Below, piece by piece: positions 40,998 through 50,247 of a stretch of DNA of 63,194 bases. The notes beneath the pieces are model-generated. The model saw nothing but the letters and a program-made list of their open reading frames with translations, did no database searches and was not told the DNA's origin. Where the stretch lies: sequence record DRR723986_6692; one strand, given 5' to 3'. The translations under genes and the position numbers were made by a program. Positions within the stretch are counted from its first letter, which is position 1. Every line of letters starts with the position of its first letter.

Positions 40998-41900
40998 TTA
41001 TTGTGTAGCGGGTTGTTCCCCTTTGGCATCTGTTTGGCCAAGCATATTTTTTGCCATATCAAGTACCGCCTTCATCACTGTATCTTGCTGTCGCCACTGT
41101 AGAAAATGATTCATGCCGTCGATTTTGACGATGTCCAGTTTGCTCGTACCGGTAATCGTGCGCTGCATAAAGGGCACGTTTGCATAAGGCACTAATTCGT
41201 CTTCTGTACCGTGTACTATGGTCACCGGTTGCTTGATGCTTGCCAATTTTGGCTCAAGCAGCCTTAGTTCGTCTTCTAGAGCAATTAGCTCGCGGTTTGA
41301 ATGGCGCATCACTTTGGGTAGCAGCCAGCTTATTGGTGGCACATTACCGACATATTGGATGAACAAAACATCTTCGAGGTCAGGATCAAGCGCCCCCGCT
41401 AAAATCAGGATACCTCCTATTTTATCCGGGTAATTTGCTCCTGCGGCCGCCACAATGGGGCCACCAAGAGAATGGCCCGCAAGAATGGTTTTCTTGCCTT
41501 CCCTTGTTTCAAACAAAGGGGCTAGGGCCGCTGCTTGGGCGTCCAGTTCAACCAATTGTTTTTTGGGCCGTGTGAAGCCAAAACCGGGTCTGTCTACAGC
41601 AATAAACTCGAACCCGTCCGGCACGTTTTTCAGCATATTATACCAATTGCCACCTGCATCACCGGGGGTGCCGTGCACGAATATAACCCGTTGGCCATTT
41701 GGGTCACCGCTGCGCAGATAGCTAAGCTCAATGCCGCCAGCCACATCTGCTTGTATCGTCTCCCGTGCGACAAATTCGTCGGTGACAAAATCAGATTCGA
41801 AGTCCATAAAAATTCCCGCGCACCCAATAAGCACCAATGGAAGCAACAAAAGCGTTGCCCAAAATTTAAAGGATTTTAGAATTTTCGAAAGTCGTGACAT
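40998..41900 (-). CDS. Alpha/beta fold hydrolase, membrane-anchored or lipoprotein
   Basis: FVHGTPG, DRPGFG, GHSLGG nucleophile elbow, HGTEDELVP, NHF. Confidence 0.9.
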   Translation of the reverse strand: MSRLSKILKSFKFWATLLLLPLVLIGCAGIFMDFESDFVTDEFVARETIQADVAGGIELSYLRSGDPNGQRVIFVHGTPGDAGGNWYNMLKNVPDGFEFIAVDRPGFGFTRPKKQLVELDAQAAALAPLFETREGKKTILAGHSLGGPIVAAAGANYPDKIGGILILAGALDPDLEDVLFIQYVGNVPPISWLLPKVMRHSNRELIALEDELRLLEPKLASIKQPVTIVHGTEDELVPYANVPFMQRTITGTSKLDIVKIDGMNHFLQWRQQDTVMKAVLDMAKNMLGQTDAKGEQPATQ

Positions 41901-41987
41901 TCTGGCGTTAATCCATGTGTTTCACTATTAGCATCTGTTTACTACTTACTAGTATTAGGTATTTCTTTCAGTACACATTGCAGTGAT

Positions 41988-42863
41988 TTAAAACCCCAGC
42001 TTCGCGAGAATAGCATCAACCTGGTCAACATATCCGCCGCTAAAAAGCCGAACGTGCACTAAGAGTGGCCAAAGCTGATAGATGTCTTTTCTGTATTCAA
42101 AAAATGCGGCGTCGATCATGTTTTGGTCACTGTAAGCATCAAAAAAAACAGGGTGTAGGCCTCCCATTAGGTCAATGAAGGCCAAGTCCATTTCATGATG
42201 CCCATAGGAAATAGCGGGGTCGATAAATCCGGCGACATGGTCTTGGTCAATCAATACATTGCCAGCCCACACGTCACCGTGCAGCAAGCTTGGTTCTGGT
42301 TTTTTGGGTAAAAACTCTTCTAACCTGTCGGCCAAAAGCTCAATTCTCGCCATCATTTCTGCGGGTAGTTTGTTGGTGCGCACGCAAGAGGCACCCATGC
42401 CTAATAAGCGGTGGTCCCTGAAAAATTGCACCCAATTGTCTGATGGTTTATTTCGCTGCGGAAGAGACCCGATGACCGTATCTTTATCAAGCCCATAAAA
42501 TGGTTTTGCCTCTTTGGGTCTTACTATGTGCAAAGCGACCAGGTGTTTCGCGACATCTCTTGCCGCCGCCACACCGTCCGTGATGGTGCCGTGGGGTACG
42601 TAGTCCATCACAAGCATGCCTTTAGTTTGAAACAATACCTTCGGCACGGGCAAAGATGAATTGCTGCTCAGATGTTCAAGCATCATTTTTTCAACAGCCG
42701 TTGTGTCGGGCTGGTCCATTCGTGGGCGCTTGGCAACCACTTGTTTGCCATTATCCAGCGTGAGCAATGAAACATCTGCAATGTCGCCGCCGCGCAGCGG
42801 TTTTGAATGCACAATTTTTGCGCCAAGGCCTTTTTCAAGTTTTGCGCTAATCGAGCCTGCCAT
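41988..42863 (-). CDS. Fructosamine/ribulosamine kinase family protein
   Basis: GGDI, PSLLHGDVWAGN, FIDPAISYGHHEMDLA, YQLWPLLVH. Confidence 0.92.
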   Translation of the reverse strand: MAGSISAKLEKGLGAKIVHSKPLRGGDIADVSLLTLDNGKQVVAKRPRMDQPDTTAVEKMMLEHLSSNSSLPVPKVLFQTKGMLVMDYVPHGTITDGVAAARDVAKHLVALHIVRPKEAKPFYGLDKDTVIGSLPQRNKPSDNWVQFFRDHRLLGMGASCVRTNKLPAEMMARIELLADRLEEFLPKKPEPSLLHGDVWAGNVLIDQDHVAGFIDPAISYGHHEMDLAFIDLMGGLHPVFFDAYSDQNMIDAAFFEYRKDIYQLWPLLVHVRLFSGGYVDQVDAILAKLGF

Positions 42864-42868
42864 ACGGG

Positions 42869-43348
42869 CTAAAAATGCTTGGCTTTGATAGCGTCAAGCA
42901 GTCCGTTTGCAGCGCCCACCGCCGCGGCATAGCAACTATCAAACTGGCTGGCATGACCAATATAGGGGTCAGGCATTTCTTTAACGGGCATATCAGGTGC
43001 ATAATCGAGAAACAGCTCAATTCGGTCTTTGAATACGTCCGGGCATCGAGCCATTAGGTCGCTGTAATTTTCTCGGTCCATAACCATAATATAATCAAAC
43101 TTCTCAAAGTCGTCGTCGGTCACTTTGCGAGATCGCTGTCCTGAAATATCAACACCGTTAGCCTTGGCGGTGTTTTGTGCCCGTGTGTCAGGCGGTGACC
43201 CGGCATGATAGTCAATTGTGCCAGCACTATCGATGGTAAGGCGGCCTAACAAGTTTGCCTTTTCTGCGGCTGCCCGGAAGGCACCCTCTGCCATTGGCGA
43301 GCGACAAATATTGCCCATACAGACAAAAAGAACCGCTGGCATATGCAT
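42869..43348 (-). CDS. Low-molecular-weight protein-tyrosine phosphatase
   Basis: VLFVCMGNICRSP, DSAGT, PDPY. Confidence 0.95.
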   Translation of the reverse strand: MHMPAVLFVCMGNICRSPMAEGAFRAAAEKANLLGRLTIDSAGTIDYHAGSPPDTRAQNTAKANGVDISGQRSRKVTDDDFEKFDYIMVMDRENYSDLMARCPDVFKDRIELFLDYAPDMPVKEMPDPYIGHASQFDSCYAAAVGAANGLLDAIKAKHF

Positions 43349-43422
43349 CTCCTGCTTGTTTTTGCAATATTAGAAACTAGGCTTGTGGTAAATGTGCCAG
43401 AAGGAAAACACGGTGGCCAGTC

Positions 43423-44130
43423 ATTAAAAGCAAGTATAAAAATATTGTTGTTTTAACCGGTGCAGGCATGTCGGCAGAGTCCGGTGTTGCCACCTTCAGA
43501 GATAATGGTGGTTTGTGGGAACAACACCGTATCGAAGATGTGGCCACCCCCGAAGCTTTTGCGCGGGACCCGATGCTGGTGCAGAATTTTTATAATATGC
43601 GCCGCGCTCAGCTTTCCGAAGTTGAACCCAATGATGCGCACTGCGCCCTTGGTATGCTTGAGAAGCTGCTTGATGGTCAGGTTACAGTTGTTACCCAGAA
43701 TGTGGATAATCTGCATGAACGCGGCGGTAGCAAAAATATTATCCATATGCACGGCGAACTGACCAAAGTGAGATGTGTCTATTGTCGAAACGTTTTCACC
43801 TGGCCGGTCGAGTGTACACAGGAAAGTCAATGCCCCAGTTGCTTTAGTCAGCCGGGGCTAAGGCCACACATTGTCTGGTTCGGGGAAATGCCTTTTGAGA
43901 TGGACCGCATTGAAGGCTTGCTGGGTGCGTGCGATCTGTTTATCTCCATCGGCACCAGCGGCAGTGTATATCCTGCGGCAGGATTTGTTTCGCTTGTGAG
44001 GTCAATTGGTATGGCCCATACAATTGAAATTAATTTGGAGCCCAGCGCTGGCGCCAGCTATTTTGCAGAAGCGCGGCACGGCGAGGCAGGCACGCTGGTA
44101 CCGCAATTGGTCCATGAATTGTTACAATAA
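43423..44130 (+). CDS. cobB: NAD-dependent protein deacylase (class III sirtuin); start codon uncertain
   Basis: In-frame KNIVVLTGAGMSAESG, FYNMRR, TQNVDNLHER, HMHG, CxxC..CxxC, IGTSG; no in-frame ATG/GTG/TTG upstream of the GAG motif. Confidence 0.9.
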   Translation: MKSKYKNIVVLTGAGMSAESGVATFRDNGGLWEQHRIEDVATPEAFARDPMLVQNFYNMRRAQLSEVEPNDAHCALGMLEKLLDGQVTVVTQNVDNLHERGGSKNIIHMHGELTKVRCVYCRNVFTWPVECTQESQCPSCFSQPGLRPHIVWFGEMPFEMDRIEGLLGACDLFISIGTSGSVYPAAGFVSLVRSIGMAHTIEINLEPSAGASYFAEARHGEAGTLVPQLVHELLQ

Positions 44131-44138
44131 AGGAAAAA

Positions 44139-44438
44139 ATGATGGCAGCACGCCCCTCAGAAATGATCGATGCAGACCGTAACCAGGCTTTGGCAGCATT
44201 GCCTGACTGGCAGTATAATTCAGGTGAGAAGGCGATAAACAAGACTTTCATATTTTCGAATTTCAGCGAGGCATGGGCCTTTATGAACAGGGCAGCATTG
44301 CTTGCCGAGAAAATTGATCATCACCCGGAATGGTTTAATGTTTATAATCGGGTTGAGGTTAAATTAACCACGCATGATGCAGACGGTGTAACAGCCTTAG
44401 ATATTCAAATGGCAACGGCCATGGAGAGCTTTTGCTAG
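44139..44438 (+). CDS. phhB: Pterin-4-alpha-carbinolamine dehydratase
   Basis: FSNFSEAWAFM, EKIDHHPEWFNVYNRV, LTTHDADG. Confidence 0.93.
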   Translation: MMAARPSEMIDADRNQALAALPDWQYNSGEKAINKTFIFSNFSEAWAFMNRAALLAEKIDHHPEWFNVYNRVEVKLTTHDADGVTALDIQMATAMESFC

Positions 44439-44466
44439 GTACGGTGTCTCATAAAGTGCTCAGCAC

Positions 44467-44973
44467 TCATGTTGCTGGAATGGAATATACCCGAGCGTCA
44501 CGATGGCTCTCAGAAACTGGTTGGAAATGATGCTCAATGCGCTGAAAATGCGACACCAGCATAATTTTATCAATTGTATTGTGGTCTGAAGCCAGCGGCA
44601 GATAAAGGGTACTTGCCTGCCGGAAGGTAGCCTTTGGTCCCACATAGGGAACCTCACGATACAATGGGCTACCGCTTGATTTTACTTGTTCCAAAATGCC
44701 CCAAATTTCACTTCCCGGCCCTTTACCTTCAAGTTCAGATAAAGCGCAACCAGTATAATCGCGGTGCAAAAAGTCACACAGGCGCGTGCCTATTAATCGG
44801 TAACGGAAATCAAGCGGGTCAGTTTCCACATCTAAAATGGCGACTTTTGTCATGCGATTACGCAGATCAGATATTTTGATATCTTCGCGGCGCGGGTACA
44901 GGCCGTCTTTGGACGGACAAGCTTTCAGCCAGTACCGTAAGATGTGATCTTGCGCATCACCCATTTTCATCAA
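44467..44973 (-). CDS. Stand-alone PAS-like domain protein (PAS_5/DUF1457 type)
   Basis: YW...PRREDI...FRYRLIGT...DYTG...LYLPL pattern. Confidence 0.75.
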   Translation of the reverse strand: MMKMGDAQDHILRYWLKACPSKDGLYPRREDIKISDLRNRMTKVAILDVETDPLDFRYRLIGTRLCDFLHRDYTGCALSELEGKGPGSEIWGILEQVKSSGSPLYREVPYVGPKATFRQASTLYLPLASDHNTIDKIMLVSHFQRIEHHFQPVSESHRDARVYSIPAT

Positions 44974-45055
44974 CGCGTCTCCACGACCCCACTAAGAACT
45001 AATATTCTTAATCTTATGTGTCGTCAATGTTTGTTCGGTACGCTTACAGGGAAAA

Positions 45056-45967
45056 TTAGCTCGTTGATACCCAGTATTTGATGAGATCATGAGCAATGGC
45101 AATGGGTGGTGGTGTCATAAAGTCAGGCGATTCACCAGACAGGGCATTTTTGGCGTCGTCTTTAGTGATCCAGCGTGCCTCATCAATTTCAGTATTGTCC
45201 AGCGTCAGAGTTTTATCTGTCACAACGGCAATACATCCGATCATCAGGCTGGAAGGCCATGGCCACGGTTGATTGGCGATAATTTGCACGCTCGTTGTTG
45301 TTACGCCGGCTTCTTCCATCAATTCACGCGCTACGGCCTCCTCAATGGTTTCGCCCGGCTCCATAAAGCCCGCGAGGGCAGAAAAATAGCCAGGCGGCAA
45401 TTGTGGCCCGCGGCCGATCAAGGCTTCGCTGCCGTGGCAGGCCAGCATAATAACCACAGGGTCTGTACGCGGAAAATGGCTGGCATTGCATGCCGGACAC
45501 AGGCGTTCATAGCCCGCTTTCGCCATCGCTGATTCTGCCCCGCATTTGGCACAAAAACGGTGGCTTTGATGCCAGCTCAGCATGGATTTGGCTTGCGCAA
45601 CAATGCCCAGCTCAGGGTGGGCAAAACCGGCTTTCATGCCCAGCGCTCTGGCGTCCCGAAATTTGGCATCCGGAAACAGGCCATCAAACTCGGCGGCTTC
45701 GCCGTCTAGCTCGGCGGCATAGCGCGGCGCACCGTCTGACAGCCCCAGAAAAACTGTGATGCCCAAGGGTAGATAAGCGCATTGCCGGTGGTTTAACCAA
45801 TATATGCCACCAACTGGATCGCTTAAAATCTCGCCGTTCAACATAAGCATAAAACGCGAGTCGCTAGATTGCAGCATGTCGGTCATTGTGGCGGGTTCCT
45901 TGCGCAGATGGTCTGCCCGGTCTAGCGGGTTGCCAGAGAAGAAACTTTGAATTTCCTGAAGTGCCAT
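45056..45967 (-). CDS. nudC: NAD(H) diphosphatase / NAD-cap decapping enzyme
   Basis: RFCAKCG...CPAC, FPRTDPVVI, Nudix box GFMEPGETIEEAVARELMEEAG, QPWPWPSSLM. Confidence 0.93.
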   Translation of the reverse strand: MALQEIQSFFSGNPLDRADHLRKEPATMTDMLQSSDSRFMLMLNGEILSDPVGGIYWLNHRQCAYLPLGITVFLGLSDGAPRYAAELDGEAAEFDGLFPDAKFRDARALGMKAGFAHPELGIVAQAKSMLSWHQSHRFCAKCGAESAMAKAGYERLCPACNASHFPRTDPVVIMLACHGSEALIGRGPQLPPGYFSALAGFMEPGETIEEAVARELMEEAGVTTTSVQIIANQPWPWPSSLMIGCIAVVTDKTLTLDNTEIDEARWITKDDAKNALSGESPDFMTPPPIAIAHDLIKYWVSTS

Positions 45968-46043
45968 AAGGTCGCCTTTGTTCAATGCCGCTTATTACAA
46001 GATGCGTTTTCTCTGTGTTTATAGGTAGCGCGTGCGAATCCTC

Positions 46044-46074
46044 TTGCAAGTCTTAATAAGAGACGCCATATAAC
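46044..46074 (+). promoter_or_regulatory. Putative housekeeping promoter of ffs
   Basis: TTGCAA then GCCATATAAC at -10 spacing immediately before the RNA 5' end. Confidence 0.5.
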
Positions 46075-46078
46075 CCCC

Positions 46079-46172
46079 GGGAGAGCTGGCGGACGAGCCG
46101 CTCGCCAATCCGGTCAGGTCCGAAAGGAAGCAGCCGTAACGGGTTGTGCTTGGGTCGTTCGGCTCTCCCACC
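46079..46172 (+). ncRNA. ffs: Signal recognition particle RNA (4.5S)
   Basis: Terminal stem GGGAGAGC/GCTCTCCC and domain IV GGTCAGGTCC-GAAA-GGAAGCAGCC; upstream of dnaX. Confidence 0.95.
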
Positions 46173-46325
46173 TTCTCAAGTCGTTTGAATTTGCTGCCTT
46201 CCTCTCTTCGGAGTCGGGTCAGTTTTTGTATATTTGCGAGGCTTATGGGCTTTCATGACGACCGCATCCCTGCTAGTTATTATGGCTGTATTGGCACCTA
46301 ATATTTTGCAGAGAGACTATTCTTC

Positions 46326-48095
46326 ATGAGCGAGCAGGCATCAGAGCAAAACTACCGCGTCCTTGCGCGCAAATACCGCCCGGCTGACTTTGACAGCCTT
46401 ATCGGGCAGGGCGCTATGGTGCGCACGCTTTCAAATGCCATTGATACTGGGCGCTTGGCGCATGCATTTATTCTCACAGGGGTGCGCGGTGTGGGCAAAA
46501 CCACAACGGCGCGCATTATCGCCAAAGCGCTGAATTGCACGGCCAATGACGGCCCAACCATTGCGCCGTGCGGCAAGTGCGACAATTGCAAATCAATCAG
46601 TGAAAGCCGCCATGTTGATGTTTTGGAAATGGATGCCGCATCGCGTACCGGTGTTGATGATATCCGCGAGATTATTGAAAGTGTGCGCTATGCGCCGGTT
46701 TCTGCGCGCTACAAAATTTACATCATCGACGAAGTGCACATGCTGTCCAAGTCTGCCTTCAATGCGCTTCTGAAAACACTGGAAGAGCCTCCTGAAAGCG
46801 TGAAATTCATTTTTGCGACCACAGAAATTCGCAAGTTGCCGGTTACGGTTTTGTCCCGTTGTCAGCGGTTCGACCTGAAGCGGGTTGAAGCGCAGACACT
46901 GGTAGACCATCTGGCAAAATTGACAGCGAACGAGAATTGCACGGCGGAAGACGGTGCGTTGACGCTTATTGCCCGCGCGGCTGAAGGTTCGGTGCGTGAT
47001 AGCCTCTCATTGCTAGATCAGGCCATTGCCCACGGGGCAGGCACAGTAACCGAGGCACAGGTGCGTGATATGCTCGGCCTTGCTGATCGAGCGCAGGTAC
47101 TGGACCTGTTTGAGCAGATCATGAAAGGTGAGATCGCCGATGCATTGGCGACATTACGCACTCAGTATGATAGCGGTGCAGACCCGGTTGTGGTGATCAA
47201 CGACCTATTGGAAGTTTCGCACTGGCTTACCCGACTTAAGGTTACCCCAGACACCGGCACCGATGCTTTGGTGTCGGAAGCCGAGAAAGAGCAGGGCGGC
47301 AAGATGGCTGCAAGTCTGGGCATGCCGCACCTGACGCGCGCTTGGCAGATGTTGATGAAGGGGTTGACCGAAGTTCGTGTTGCGCCCAGTGCCATCGCTG
47401 CTGCTGAAATGGTTCTCATTCGCATGGCTTATGCGTCCGGCTTGCCCAGCCCGGCAGATTTGGTGAAAAAACTGCAAAATAATCCGGCCCAGCCCGCTGC
47501 TCCCACTGGGGCTGCTGGCGGACAATCAAATGGCCCAACTGCTACTGCACCGCAGCCGCAAACTCAGGCTGCTCAGCCACGGTCTGCCGACGTTGTTGCG
47601 CTTCGGGCAGAAACAACGGGTGACCACGCAAAGCACCCCATGCCGGTAAGTTTCGAGAAAATGGTCGCCCTATTTCAGGCCGAGAAAGAAGGCATTCTGG
47701 CAACCGTGCTCACCGACCATGTGCGGGTTGTGGACTATAAGCCCGGTGCTTTTTCCATCACCACCACAGGTCGGACCCCTAACGATTTTGTCATGCGCGC
47801 CAAACAATGCCTGAAGGCTTGGACTGGTGAAGCCTGGATGATCTCCATTGATAACGCCGCTGCCCCCGCCGGTACCACGCTGAAAGAGCAGCACGACGCG
47901 CGCAATAAAAAGCGCGTTGACGAAACAATGGAAGACCCGGCGGTGAAAGCATTACTGAATGTGTTCCCCGAGGCACGCCTCTTGGCGGTTCGTGACAAAC
48001 GGTCGCTTGATGAGCAGCTAGAGGAAGCCGCCGCCGCTGACGATGGGTTAACCTATGAAGACCCCGAAGAAGACAAAAGTGAGTTCGATTTTTAG
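46326..48095 (+). CDS. dnaX: DNA polymerase III subunit gamma/tau
   Basis: YRVLARKYRP, GVRGVGKTT, IIDEVHMLS, SRCQRF. Confidence 0.97.
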   Translation: MSEQASEQNYRVLARKYRPADFDSLIGQGAMVRTLSNAIDTGRLAHAFILTGVRGVGKTTTARIIAKALNCTANDGPTIAPCGKCDNCKSISESRHVDVLEMDAASRTGVDDIREIIESVRYAPVSARYKIYIIDEVHMLSKSAFNALLKTLEEPPESVKFIFATTEIRKLPVTVLSRCQRFDLKRVEAQTLVDHLAKLTANENCTAEDGALTLIARAAEGSVRDSLSLLDQAIAHGAGTVTEAQVRDMLGLADRAQVLDLFEQIMKGEIADALATLRTQYDSGADPVVVINDLLEVSHWLTRLKVTPDTGTDALVSEAEKEQGGKMAASLGMPHLTRAWQMLMKGLTEVRVAPSAIAAAEMVLIRMAYASGLPSPADLVKKLQNNPAQPAAPTGAAGGQSNGPTATAPQPQTQAAQPRSADVVALRAETTGDHAKHPMPVSFEKMVALFQAEKEGILATVLTDHVRVVDYKPGAFSITTTGRTPNDFVMRAKQCLKAWTGEAWMISIDNAAAPAGTTLKEQHDARNKKRVDETMEDPAVKALLNVFPEARLLAVRDKRSLDEQLEEAAAADDGLTYEDPEEDKSEFDF

Positions 48096-48112
48096 AGTTT
48101 GGAGCAATATTC

Positions 48113-48436
48113 ATGAAAAATCTCACAGAAATGCTGAAAAAAGCCCAGGAAATGCAAGCCAAAATGGGTGATATGCAGTCTGGCCTCGCGGATATGTCCA
48201 TCGAAGGCGTCGCGGGTGCAGGCATGGTGAAGGTTACTTTGAACGGTAACGGCGAGATGAAAAATGTTTCTATTGATGACAGTTTGTTCTCCAGCGAAGA
48301 CCGTGAAGTGCTGGAAGACCTGATTGTCGCTGCGCACAACCAGGCTAAGGCAAGAGTTGCCGATGCTGCCGCCCAGCAAATGAAAGACTTAGCTGGCGGC
48401 ATGGGCCTGCCCGCTGATTTCAAAATGCCTTTTTAA
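48113..48436 (+). CDS. ybaB: YbaB/EbfC nucleoid-associated protein
   Basis: KKAQEMQ, GAGMVKV, LEDLIVAAHN. Confidence 0.94.
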   Translation: MKNLTEMLKKAQEMQAKMGDMQSGLADMSIEGVAGAGMVKVTLNGNGEMKNVSIDDSLFSSEDREVLEDLIVAAHNQAKARVADAAAQQMKDLAGGMGLPADFKMPF

Positions 48437-48444
48437 AGGTTGTC

Positions 48445-48954
48445 ATGATTACTAAGGATTCTTTAGAAATTTTATACTGGGTAATTTCTTTAGCAGTGCT
48501 GCCCATCTGGTTATTGCCTCTAATTAGAAGAAAGCGCGCTTTACACAAAAACAAAGTTTCGACCGACAAAGTGAGTCGAATCACGCCGCGACCTCCGACC
48601 TCAGAGGAAGTTGAGCAAGCCGAATCTACTCGTGCTGCGACAATAGTGAACGCTCGTGAAGTAGGGTTTCCTGATGGAATCTTCCTATGTGAAAAGAGAC
48701 AAAGGTTTGGTCCAGGTTGGGGTCTTGTAGAACGAATAGATCCGGAAGAAGTTTTCCCCGATGTTGATAGGATGGAAATTGATCAAGCCAAAGCAAAGGC
48801 GGTTCGATTGCTCCAAAACAACTATGGTGATCGCCTACTGTCTGGAACAATTAAGCACGAGGATGCACGGAGTAAATTGAAGGTTGCTGTGCCGGGGTTC
48901 AACGATACTGCATATGACGACGCCTTAATGCATTCCTGTTGGAGTTCGCGTTAA
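48445..48954 (+). CDS. Hypothetical protein with N-terminal membrane anchor
   Basis: 169-aa ORF filling the gap after ybaB; hydrophobic residues 9-28 followed by RRKR; AT-richer codons. Confidence 0.65.
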   Translation: MITKDSLEILYWVISLAVLPIWLLPLIRRKRALHKNKVSTDKVSRITPRPPTSEEVEQAESTRAATIVNAREVGFPDGIFLCEKRQRFGPGWGLVERIDPEEVFPDVDRMEIDQAKAKAVRLLQNNYGDRLLSGTIKHEDARSKLKVAVPGFNDTAYDDALMHSCWSSR

Positions 48955-48957
48955 CCA

Positions 48958-49236
48958 ATGAACAGTTTGTCGATTTTCCCTTGCTTCACTTACGTGCTGG
49001 GTAGCGTTAACGGCGCGCCCAAAACCTATGTGGGCTGGACCAATGATTTGGACAAGCGTCTGGCGGCGCACAACAGCGGTACAGGGGCCAAATCTACCCG
49101 CGGTCGGCAGTGGGTAATTCTTTATACGGAAGAGTTCAAAAACCGTTCCGATGCCATGAGCCGGGAATGGCACTTGAAACGTGATAGGAAATTCCGCAAA
49201 AAGCTTCTGGAAGACTTTTTGGCAAAGGAAAGCTGA
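48958..49236 (+). CDS. GIY-YIG nuclease family protein (YhbQ/UPF0213-like)
   Basis: FTYVL...[28 protein letters not shown]...AMSREWHLK. Confidence 0.9.
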   Translation: MNSLSIFPCFTYVLGSVNGAPKTYVGWTNDLDKRLAAHNSGTGAKSTRGRQWVILYTEEFKNRSDAMSREWHLKRDRKFRKKLLEDFLAKES

Positions 49237-49838
49237 TGCCCCGTTCTCACGGCAGCGATATTGATAAACTGATTCAGCTTTTGGCGAAATTGCCGGGGCT
49301 TGGCCCGCGTTCGGCGCGCAGGTCAGCGCTGCAAATGCTCAAGAAAAAAGACAGTGTCATGGTGCCGCTTGCTACCGCGCTGAATGATGTAGCAGCGCGG
49401 GTGCAAATTTGCGATCAGTGCGGCAATGTGGACACCCACAACCCGTGCCATGTGTGCGAAGACGTGCGCCGTGATCAAACGGTGATTTGTGTGGTTGAGG
49501 AAGTTGCCGACCTGTGGGCACTGGACCGATCTGAAACTTTCAAAGGGCTATACCATGTGCTGGGCGGTACGCTATCGGCGCTGGACGGTGTTGGGCCAGA
49601 CGACCTGAATGTCGCCGGGCTGATTAACCGTGCTGCAGACGAGGGCGTCGTTGAGATTATTCTGGCGCTCAATGCCACTGTAGACGGCCAGACCACCAGT
49701 CATTATCTGGCTGAACGGCTTGCGGACACCGGCGTGAAGGTCACTGCACTGGCACACGGTGTACCGGTGGGCGGCGAGCTGGACTATCTGGATGATGGTA
49801 CGCTTGCAGCCGCGCTGCGCGCTCGGTCAAAGGTTTGA
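49236..49838 (+). CDS. recR: Recombination mediator RecR
   Basis: [12 protein letters not shown]4 zinc finger, YHVLGG, Toprim, GGELDYLD. Confidence 0.97.
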   Translation: MPRSHGSDIDKLIQLLAKLPGLGPRSARRSALQMLKKKDSVMVPLATALNDVAARVQICDQCGNVDTHNPCHVCEDVRRDQTVICVVEEVADLWALDRSETFKGLYHVLGGTLSALDGVGPDDLNVAGLINRAADEGVVEIILALNATVDGQTTSHYLAERLADTGVKVTALAHGVPVGGELDYLDDGTLAAALRARSKV

Positions 49839-49842
49839 GGGG

Positions 49843-50223
49843 ATGAGCGAAATGATCACTCATAAGGGCGGATGCCACTGTGGTGCCGTTCGGTTTGAAG
49901 TAGATGCCCCCGCAAATCCGCATGTTTTCTCCTGCAATTGTTCTGTTTGCGCGGCGACCGGTTTTTTGCACCTGATTGTTGAGGCAGGCACCTTCCGTAT
50001 TACGCTCGGTGAAAACAACTTGACCGAATACCGGTTTAACACCGGCGCCGCGCGTCATTTGTTTTGCAAAACATGTGGCGTGAAGGCTTTTTATGTGCCG
50101 CGCAGTCACCCGAACGGATGGTCGATTAACGCGCGCTGCGTTGATGGCCTGTCGTTACAGGGAATGGATATTCCTGAGTTTGATGGTGCAAACTGGGAAG
50201 CATCCATACACCAAATTACCTGA
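49843..50223 (+). CDS. GFA/CENP-V family protein
   Basis: GGCHCGAVRF, CNCSVC, HLFCKTCG, RSHPNG. Confidence 0.9.
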   Translation: MSEMITHKGGCHCGAVRFEVDAPANPHVFSCNCSVCAATGFLHLIVEAGTFRITLGENNLTEYRFNTGAARHLFCKTCGVKAFYVPRSHPNGWSINARCVDGLSLQGMDIPEFDGANWEASIHQIT

Positions 50224-50247
50224 TCAAAAAGGCTGCAGGTATTTTAT

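Noticed and set aside
47460..47480. Possible programmed -1 frameshift in dnaX (gamma subunit)
   Set aside because: Only an A6 run followed by C; no A_AAA_AAG heptamer and no clear stimulatory hairpin.
47485..47585. Pro/Ala/Gln-rich low-complexity stretch in dnaX
   Set aside because: Normal flexible tau linker, not a DNA repeat element.
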